Positions 54,484 to 64,000 of a stretch of 64,000 bases of DNA are shown here, piece by piece (the stretch's first letter is position 1; every line of letters starts with the position of its first letter). Source of the stretch: Octopus vulgaris (Eukaryota); assembly GCA_951406725.2 (NCBI GenBank), contig OX597817.1:52948001-53012000 (forward strand), read 5' to 3'. A program made the translations under genes and the position numbers. The notes under the pieces are model-generated. The model made no database searches. It saw nothing but the letters and a program-made list of their open reading frames with translations, and was not told the origin of the DNA.

Positions 54484-54517
<34 letters not shown>

Positions 54518-54522
54518 ATGTG

Positions 54523-54679
<157 letters not shown>

Positions 54680-54849
54680 ATATTTTTTCCGTCGATTATA
54701 CACACACACACACACACATATATATACATATATATATATATATATATTACGTCATATGTAAACAAACATGAGTCTGTTTTTGAAGCGTTGAAATGTATTG
54801 TAGAACATGTAGAATGATATAATTTTCAACGCGTAAATACTGAACAGTA

Positions 54850-54887
<38 letters not shown>

Positions 54888-54968
54888 ATAAAATCCTTTA
54901 AAGAGCAGAAAAATTTTTTGGCAACCAGCCATGAATATTTACGCGTTGAAAATATATCTTTCTACTTG

Positions 54969-55008
<40 letters not shown>

Positions 55009-55017
55009 TTATATAAA

Positions 55018-55098
<81 letters not shown>

Positions 55099-55358
55099 GA
55101 AAAATATCAAAATGAATTGTCTTCGTTGTGGTTTCCTATTAGATAAACCTTTTTTTTTTGCTTTTAACAATGATGGTTTCTATTCTTCCTCCCCTCGTCC
55201 TCTTCTCTTGCTCTTCCTCTTCTTTCTGCTAACGAATCTCCTCCTCCTCCTCCCTCTCTCCCCCCTCTCTCACTCTCTCCAGATATTAAAACGTATTCAT
55301 CCATTCTCGACTCTTCAATATCGCTGCCTTATTCTCCTCTACATCGTCATACTTGTCG

Positions 55359-55411
<53 letters not shown>

Positions 55412-55501
55412 TCCGTCGTCATCATCATCGTCGTTGTTGTGTTCGTCGTCATTGACAATCAAATCTGTATCGTTTGATAATTGGGGACTTCTTCTGTATG
55501 T

Positions 55502-55556
55502 TTATATTGGTGCGCTCTTCAGTATGAGGCTTTCACTTTTCTTCATATTTTCAGTC
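55502..55556 (-). CDS. Probable terminal coding exon of the SLC22 transporter
   Basis: Acceptor ttatttacag|g is phase-compatible with the upstream phase-2 donor and gives V-TENMKKSESLILKSAPI-stop. Supported only by splice signal, phase and proximity. Confidence 0.5.
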
Positions 55557-55733
55557 CTGTAAATAATACGAATCATCATCATCATCATCATTATTACAAT
55601 TGAGTGAGAGAGCAGTGCATGCCATCAAAGTGACACTGGAGTAAAATATACAAAAGCCCAGTATACCCATCATGACTACCTGTCTGATAAGGGTAATAAT
55701 AATAATAATATAATAATAATAATAATAATAATA

Positions 55734-55856
<123 letters not shown>

Positions 55857-55879
55857 CATTATTATTATTATTATTATTA

Positions 55880-56437
55880 TTGAGTGAGAGGGCAGTGCAT
55901 GCCATCAAAGTGACACTAAGTTTAAATATACGAAGCCCAGTATACCCATCATGACTACCCGTCTGATAAAGGTACACTAGACAAATGCATCACAAACATA
56001 TGTGCGCGACATGGTGATCTCATATCAAGATAAAAGCGCATGACCTTGCAGGTGGGGCCCAGTTAGAATTTTCTTCTGGTCGAGTAGCACATCCCGCTCA
56101 AAAGGTCTCTGAATAAGGATTGTTTAAGAATGCTGAACGAAACACCCATGTTTACAAAGGTGAATTATTCAAACCCCAAAGAATCTCTCTCAATACATGG
56201 CTATGATGCTCCCCCACTACTTCTACTCGTGATCAGAGATGCACATATCGTCAGCCTCTAAAGGACATGCTCAACTGGTTAAGGTCAAACAACTGACAAG
56301 CAAATCTGTGGTATTGAGCAGAATATTTGATGTAGCCCATCTTTTATACCAGCACAAAACAATGTACATGATAACACTTGCAATCAGTTAAGATTAGAAG
56401 CCATGAGAGCCACTGCCTGGTACTGCATCAGGGCATT
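55880..56437 (-). mobile_element. Full-length copy of the (TAA)n-associated repeat, in an SLC22 intron
   Basis: Reverse complement of 1106-1664 with TAA repeats on both sides. Confidence 0.8.
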
Positions 56438-56653
56438 TATTATTATTATTAAATCATGAATCCTGCTCGTCATTCTTTAATAGTCTTTTGTTAAAAAAAC
56501 TACTCAATTGTCTTTGAGTAGATTAATAAAAGAACTAATTTAAGTCAATAATTCTGGTTAATTTTCACTGTCAGATGCTTGAAAATATAAAACTATAGAA
56601 AATGTAGAAACAAACAAAAAACGAAAAAATGAATTTTTCTGCATAATACTTAC

Positions 56654-56799
56654 ACATTCTCGGCTTCTTTGATTGTGTCTGGAAGTTTGCGTCCTCGAGT
56701 TTCTGGTAAAATGAAGGTGAGGGCAGCAGCAATGAGGGCCATGCCACCGAACATAAATAATGGTACCGAGCGACCGAGACTTCCTCCGATAACGTAACC
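56654..56799 (-). CDS. SLC22-family (organic cation/anion transporter, MFS) coding exon: last TM helix plus C-terminal motif
   Basis: Minus-strand acceptor ttctttctctcaattag| and donor gt|gtaagt. The open 146-nt exon translates GYVIGGSLGRSVPLFMFGGMALIAAALTFILPETRGRKLPDTIKEAEN, with the SLC22 signature LPET.G..LP.T..E.E. Not in the ORF track. Confidence 0.88.
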
Positions 56800-57569
56800 C
56801 TAATTGAGAGAAAGAAGAGCACAAAATGAGAATGTGACATTTTAGATACGTTTAAAATCCATGTAACAGCAATAACCTTCTTGACTCACCTAGAGGCTGA
56901 ACAGTACCTTGCCATTACAACCAGAGAACCTATGCATGGGCACTCAGAAATAACAGGAATAACCGGCAAATCTCTCTAAGACAATACCATACTCTCTTTA
57001 AAAATAAAATGCATTGAATAATGCAGTCTTAGATATATCATGACTAAAAATAAAGCCTGTCCATTACAACTGGATCAGAGTCAACCTACCAAAGCTAAAC
57101 ATCAACCATAATAAGAAAGGCGAAATATTGGTACGAAGGGTAAATAGAGTGAAATGCCTCGACCAGGAATCGAATTTGTTTCCTGGAGTCTTCACATCGG
57201 AAACTCTACAATCTTTAACCACGAGAGGGTTCATATAGAAGTTGTCGCTCCCAATTAAACCGTAGGTGAGCTCTGACCAATCAGGTTGAAATCAAATAAG
57301 CACTCAATCCATAGCCCTTCTTTATTGCACCTGGCCCAAGACGATACTGTTTCACATTCCGTCATGGAGTGGATTATCTTGAAGACTTTTATGTAGCAGT
57401 CTATTAGTTTTTCACTATCTACACTGACCTATATATCCGTTGTTGCTTGCCATTGTTATTGTTTAGTACAGCTCAGCTCGGAGAAAGTAGAACTCCGATC
57501 AAAAGGGCATTTCGGTTGTAAACCACAAACTCGTAATTTTTTTCACTTTTATTTTTCAGATATAATGTA

Positions 57570-58135
57570 TTGGGTTGTCCGGAAAGTTCGTGCCGATTTA
57601 TAGTAGCTTACCTTTCGACTTATTTTAGAACACGTTTGAGTCCATAAAATAGGATTTGACTACACCTCCATTTAGAGCACAGTTTAAGCTATCTTTTTAT
57701 AAAAGAAGGTTTATGTTCCTATTACCTGTGTTAATTCTGTAACCCTTTAAAATGGAAGATAAGAAAGTTCATTTTCAGCACTTGATGCTTTGGGAACCAG
57801 ACAAAAATTGCTGCAGCTCAGCCGGGATGTGTTACCCCCACCCTCCATATTCACCAGATATTGCTCCTTCGGATTTCCACTTATTCAGGTCTCTGCAGAA
57901 TAGTGCTAATGGTAAAAATTTCAATTCCTTGGATGACGTAAAAAGATACCTTGATAAATTCTTTGTCATGAAACCACCTCAATTCTGGGAAGAGGGTATT
58001 TTCAAGTTAAAGGAAAGATGGAGACGCATTGTGCAACAAAATGGGTCATATTTGGTTGATTAAAAAGTAATGGCAAGTATTCATTAACCTTTTTCTTTCC
58101 TTTAAAAATCGGCACGAACATTCCGGGCAACCCAA
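57570..58135 (+). mobile_element. Internally deleted mariner transposon
   Basis: TA-flanked TIRs ttgggttgtccggaaagttcgtgccgattt / aaatcggcacgaacattccgggcaacccaa. ORF 57752-58063 carries HPPYSPDIAPSDFHLF and the GIFKLKERWRRIVQQNGSY tail. Confidence 0.92.
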
Positions 58136-58607
58136 TATTTAGGATCACGTTCTCCGATAACCCTTCTTTTTTTTACTTTAAAGATAATAGAATGCGATTG
58201 AGGAAAGATTTGGTTGTTATTTCTATCAGGTTGACGATAATAAAGATTATCCCAGATACATCTATAGGTTCTGCTGATGATTTTAGTAGAAGTGAGTGTA
58301 GTGATTTAGGTCGCAATGTGATAGTTACTGTTTTTCCCTTCATACCGTTGCTGCTGAATATTCTAGCAGGAGGCTGGGATATAATGAGGTTGATTTACAT
58401 CGCTGTTATTTTGGGCTTAACATGCCTTTCATACATGTAATGAATTCTTTCATTATTTTATTCTTTCATTTGTTTCAGTGATTTGGTCGCGGCCATGCTG
58501 GAGCACCGCCTTTAGTCGAGCGAATAAACCCCAGGACTTATTCTTTGTAAGCCTAGTGACGGGGACGTAAACACACCAGCGATGTTGGAGGGACAAACAC
58601 AGACACA

Positions 58608-58705
<98 letters not shown>

Positions 58706-58731
58706 ATAAGCGACAATTATTCGGTAGCCAT

Positions 58732-58792
58732 GATAAAACTCCGAGTTTCGGATGCCGAGGTGGAGATCCACGCCGCCATCTCTTCAGTTGTC
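58732..58792 (-). ncRNA. Hammerhead motif in a Penelope-like pseudo-LTR fragment
   Basis: gacaa CTGAAGA gatg..gtgga-tc-tccac..catc c GAAA ctc-g-gagt t ttatc. A homologous copy with core ccgaaga is at 8406-8466 (+). Confidence 0.6.
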
Positions 58793-58906
58793 CGGCCATC
58801 GGAAAAAATGGTATGAAAAATTGTCACATATTACATTTACAGATAAATTCTCTATTTTCATAACGTCGAGGTCTCTTTCACTCTTTTATTGTCTTAGCAT
58901 TTTTAT

Positions 58907-58986
<80 letters not shown>

Positions 58987-59888
58987 GTATATATACATAT
59001 ATTTATATGACGGGCCTCTTTCAGTTTCCGTCTACCAAATCCACTCACAAGGTTTTGGTCGGCCCGAGGCTAAAGTAGAAGACACTTGCCCAAGGGATTG
59101 GACCGGGAACAATGTGGTTGGTAAGCAAGTTACTTACCACACAGCCACTCAAATGAATGGAAAGAATAGTGTTGCAGTATTTGGTTTCTAGACTAGTAGA
59201 AAAGTGAAATAAGAAAAAAAAAATAGTCCCTTCCCGGGTCATATGGTTATATTTAGAGCCGGTCTCCCAGGTTCCATGGTGTATATATATATAGGACGTC
59301 GGTCTGCCGTAGGATTACTCATTTTCGGCACTTGAGTGGACTGAAGTATCGTGAAATGAAGTGTTTTGCTCAAGCACACAAATCGTCACCCAACCCACGA
59401 ATGGAAACCACAATCTTACGATCATGAGTCCATCACTCTAACTACTAAACCACACGCCACAACAGAAATGTCAAAGGTTTATGAAAAAGGAAAGAGAACA
59501 CTTGCACGTTATTCTTAGATTCGCAAGTAACAACTGGGTTAAACATTTCCAATAAATTGATATTAAAACTATAGAGACAGTGTTTGTCTGCATATTTCAG
59601 TAAGTGAGCTGGGAGTTTAAATCTGTACGTTTCTAAGCCAATTGATCCTGGCTTAGTTTCAATCGAAGTCGCTCACTAGTTCAAGCTTACACCAATTGAA
59701 TTGTTGTATGGTATTGCAGCAGTTAATCCGAACTTCAGTAGAATATACATATATATACATACATATACATATACATATACATATATATATAACGGGAAGC
59801 TTTATGAAAATAGACAAAAGACGAAGGCAGGTGGAAAACAAACGAACAATTGTATTAGTATGGCGCTCAGGAATATAAATAAAACAAG

Positions 59889-59926
59889 TCTTTAACGTTT
59901 CGAGCCTACGCTCTTCAACAGAAAGA
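59889..59926 (-). ncRNA. Minimal hammerhead-like motif with variant core CUGUUGA
   Basis: tcttt CTGTTGA a gagc-gtag-gctc GAAACGT t aaaga. It lies in a dispersed repeat also found at about 3420-3535, 43982-44165 and 53779-53910. Confidence 0.55.
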
Positions 59927-60217
59927 TACACAGAGAGAAAAAAAACACAGAAAGAAGGAGAGAAAAAAAATGCGTGCAGTAGCTAACGAATCAACATGGC
60001 GATCTGATTTCGGCCAGAGGTCGAAGATCAAACATGAGACGCGAGAGCGAAATAAGGGGAGATAATAGGGTTGATAATAGGGTTGATAATAGGGTTGAAG
60101 GACCAGCTAATAGTGCGTAGGAGGGGTCTGGACGTGTGTATGTATAGGGTTGGTGTATGTATTAGTATGTATAAGGGTGTGTGTGTGTGTGTGTGTATGA
60201 GAGAGTATTAGTGCGTA

Positions 60218-60261
<44 letters not shown>

Positions 60262-60269
60262 GTATGTAT

Positions 60270-60305
<36 letters not shown>

Positions 60306-60310
60306 GAATA

Positions 60311-60349
<39 letters not shown>

Positions 60350-60401
60350 GTATATATATTCATATATACGTATATATATATATATATATTTATATATGTA
60401 A

Positions 60402-60491
<90 letters not shown>

Positions 60492-60709
60492 AGAAGAAAA
60501 TGGAGGAAAAATAACAAACAGAAGTGTGTATCTTGCGCCAGTAAGCCATTAATTAGTAAATAAAGGTGAGAGTGAGAGCGAAGTTGTTACCCGCCACATT
60601 ACCTGCTGCCGTATATCTTTTACCAAGGAATATACCTACTGAGGTAATTACCAGAAGTGCCTTTGGATATATCTATCCCTTAGAGGCTTTAAACACCTCT
60701 AACTTTTAC

Positions 60710-60770
<61 letters not shown>

Positions 60771-60771
60771 T

Positions 60772-60820
<49 letters not shown>

Positions 60821-61004
60821 TGTACATATATATACTTATATATATATACTTATATGTATGTACATACATATACATGTATATATAGACACACACACACATA
60901 TATATATGTACATATATCTAGAAGCATACATTCATGTGTGCGTCTGTATATATATATATATATATATATACATTCATATACATGGACAATTTTGCATACA
61001 CGCA

Positions 61005-61046
<42 letters not shown>

Positions 61047-61094
61047 TATGTACATGTATATCTATATAATAGATATATGTTTATATATATGTAT

Positions 61095-61131
<37 letters not shown>

Positions 61132-61488
61132 CAAGTATTTACATATACATCCGTGCACACACATGCACATGCATACACATACGCACGCGCATACCGACAC
61201 ACACACATATGTGTTTCGTGTGTGTGTGCACGTCTTGAGCGTGTGCAGTGCGTCTTAGACAAATGTAAAAGTGGGCTATGAACATTTCTAAACTTGTACC
61301 CAGATTCTTTTTGTGGCGACTCTTATTACAGAATTGCCACAGGTAACACGTTGAATAGTCGGGCAAAAAATAGCTCAGTAGTCTGGCGGAGCTATCAGGA
61401 TTCTGGCAGAGATATCAGAATTATATTTCTGCGCAGTGGGTCAACAACAGCAGCAGCAGCCGCAGTAGCAACCTGGAGCTAAGTTGCT

Positions 61489-61489
61489 G

Positions 61490-61540
<51 letters not shown>

Positions 61541-61588
61541 AGACTACTACTAAGACTACTACTACCACCACCACCACCACCACCATCG

Positions 61589-61640
<52 letters not shown>

Positions 61641-61686
61641 CAGCACCACCACCAGCACCACCACCAGCACCAGCACCACCACTACC

Positions 61687-61763
<77 letters not shown>

Positions 61764-61791
61764 TACTACCACTACCACTACCACCACCACC

Positions 61792-61826
<35 letters not shown>

Positions 61827-61847
61827 CACTACCACCACCACCACCAT

Positions 61848-61880
<33 letters not shown>

Positions 61881-61908
61881 CACTACCACCACCACCACCA
61901 CTACTACA

Positions 61909-61945
<37 letters not shown>

Positions 61946-61947
61946 AA

Positions 61948-61993
<46 letters not shown>

Positions 61994-62120
61994 TCAGCGC
62001 TCTTAATTCCGTCGCCACCAACACTATTAGTTATACCACCACCACCACCACCACCACCACCACCACCACCACCACTACCACCACCACTACCACCACCACC
62101 ACCACCACCACCACCACCAG

Positions 62121-62204
<84 letters not shown>

Positions 62205-62205
62205 A
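61489..62205. repeat. Compound (CTA)n/(CCA)n trinucleotide microsatellite
   Basis: About 700 bp of alternating cta and cca runs. Confidence 0.95.
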
Positions 62206-62711
62206 TAGTTATTACGCCGACAAATGCTTAACAAGGAGAGACACCCGCAACGCACATTTGCGTACACACACACAGCATCCTCACGTAGGTAGAAATAGAT
62301 GTGCACACCCAGATATCTGCAACTAATTGCTCATACATCATTAAGAACATGTATTCTCTGTTGTCTCCTTGAATAAATATGTAATCTAATTTCGCAAACT
62401 GCAAAGCGTTAAGATCTGGGCACGGGAGACGAGCAAACTTGCTGGTGCACCCAGAAATGTGCTAATTTGACATTAATTTTGCAGATTCTGTTTGGTGCAC
62501 TCAGTACAGCGGTTCAGCGTGTTTAGGATTTTCATTACAAGATCTGTTCTACCGCCACATTTTTCAGTTTAAAAGCGTGCGAGAAAAATATTCTATAATA
62601 TAAAAATTATATTTAAAGCTCTTGACCGCTTATGTTATAACATACATATTCTGGGGCTTGTTCTTAGTTAGGACCATGAAATTTCTATGTTATAATAGAC
62701 TTTTTCAATAT

Positions 62712-62955
62712 GTGACCGCGTGTGTATCGTTGGCGATTTTTTTCCTCCGTCTTCCCTTCCTTGGATCTTTCCTTTTCCTATATTTCTGACAAAGAGCTCC
62801 GCTCGAAACGTTAAATCCTCCTTCTTTCTTTCCTTTCCCGAGCGTCCAATAACACTGTACTTGTTCCACGTCCTCGCGTTGTTGTGTTTTCTCTTTGTGT
62901 TTTCCTGTTTGGATTAACTATATATATATTTATATATACATATGTGCGTGTGTGC

Positions 62956-62993
<38 letters not shown>

Positions 62994-63115
62994 CCGCGTG
63001 TGTATCGTTGGCAATTTTCTTTCTCCGTCTTCCCTTCCTTGGACCTTTCCTTTTTCTATGTTTCTGACGAAGAGCTCCGCTCGAAACGTTAAGTCCTCCT
63101 TCTTTCTTTCCTTTC
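62712..63115 (+). repeat. Direct tandem repeat (offset about 278 bp), each unit with a minimal hammerhead motif
   Basis: CTGACAAAGAGCTCCGCTCGAAACGTT at 62786 and CTGACGAAGAGCTCCGCTCGAAACGTT at 63064, within duplicated flanks beginning gtgaccgcgtgtgtatcg. Confidence 0.7.
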
Positions 63116-63631
63116 CTTTGTATTAATTATAATAGACTGTGCTTGATAGATGTGTGAGAACCTATCCGATGGTGACCGTGTATGACAGAGTACGTAGTAT
63201 TCTATAAAACGATAAGGAACACTATTGTTATTCAGTAAAATGATGAAGAACACTAATTTGGCGAATTAAATCCAGCAGAACACATTTGCTGTAATTTGTA
63301 AAACGATCGACTGGTAAGCGACAAATACGTGGTTCAGCCCGGATTTTTTCTTAGGCTGTGCTTATAAATATTATATTTAATACATATTCTAAATCTTAAG
63401 CGTTTACATTATATACACTTATATAAAAAAATTGTCATTAATCCAAAGTGGAGGAATAGAAGAAATGGAAATTAAAATGCCCTGAGTAAATAGAATTAAT
63501 TAGGATTTAATTATATTTAAATTATAGGAATACATTTGGCCAATTTCACAGATTTTCAAAAGTGTAAAGTATATGAAGTGGTGTTTTAAATTATGTCTAT
63601 TCTGGCCTTGTTATAAATATAACTTGTTTTT

Positions 63632-64000
63632 TTTTCTACTCTAGGCATAAGGCCAGAAATTTTGGAGGAGGGAGCCAGTCGATTAGATCGACCTCAGTAC
63701 GCAACTGGTACTTAATTTATCGAACCCGAAATGATGAAAGACAAAGTCGACCTCGCCGGAATTTGAACTCAGAACATAAAGACAGGCGAAATACCTATTT
63801 CTTTACTACCCACAGAGAGGACAAACAAGGACAGACAAACGGATTAAATTGATTACATCGACTCCAGTGCGAAACTGGTACTTAATTTATCGACCCCGAA
63901 AGGATGAAAGGCAAAGTCGACCTCGGTGGAATTTGAACTCAGAACGTAGCAGCAGACGAAATACCTATTTCTTTACTACCCATAAGCAATTAAACACAGG
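63632..64000 (-). mobile_element. SINE family B multimer, runs off the window end
   Basis: Tandem units of gaaaggatgaaaggcaaagtcgacctcggcggaatttgaactcagaac. Confidence 0.8.

Noticed and set aside
57752-58063. SETMAR or a functional transposase gene
   Set aside because: It lies between TIRs only 566 bp apart, most of the DNA-binding and catalytic domains are deleted, and there is no SET domain.
61479-62326. 280-aa Leu/Pro and poly-Val ORFs
   Set aside because: (CTA)/(CCA) microsatellite with no splice or domain evidence.

Overview
Eukaryotic, microsatellite- and transposon-dense DNA. The SINE families and repeat content look like octopus (coleoid cephalopod), which is an inference. Most ORF-track entries are translations of microsatellites. 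Two convergent spliced genes bracket the window. On + are the last two coding exons of a YAE1/YAE1D1 homologue (3664-3785, 8823-9261). On - are the C-terminal exon(s) of an SLC22-type organic cation/anion transporter (56654-56799, probable last exon 55502-55556), which the ORF track missed. Between them is an 8.26-kb Helitron (21247-29506, -) with both termini, an A^T target inside a split SINE, and a decayed Rep-Pif1 helicase. It also carries a 2-kb phased A/T-tract satellite and a long inverted repeat just after the helicase stop. The rest holds non-autonomous Helitrons, a Helentron-type element, mariner/Tc1/piggyBac relics, a solo LTR, RTE and R4/Dong-like LINE ends in microsatellites, and three tRNA-derived SINE families. 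About ten minimal hammerhead-ribozyme motifs of Penelope type are also present, including a recurrent variant core (CUGUNGA) and a tandem pair. All calls were made by eye and repeat boundaries are approximate.
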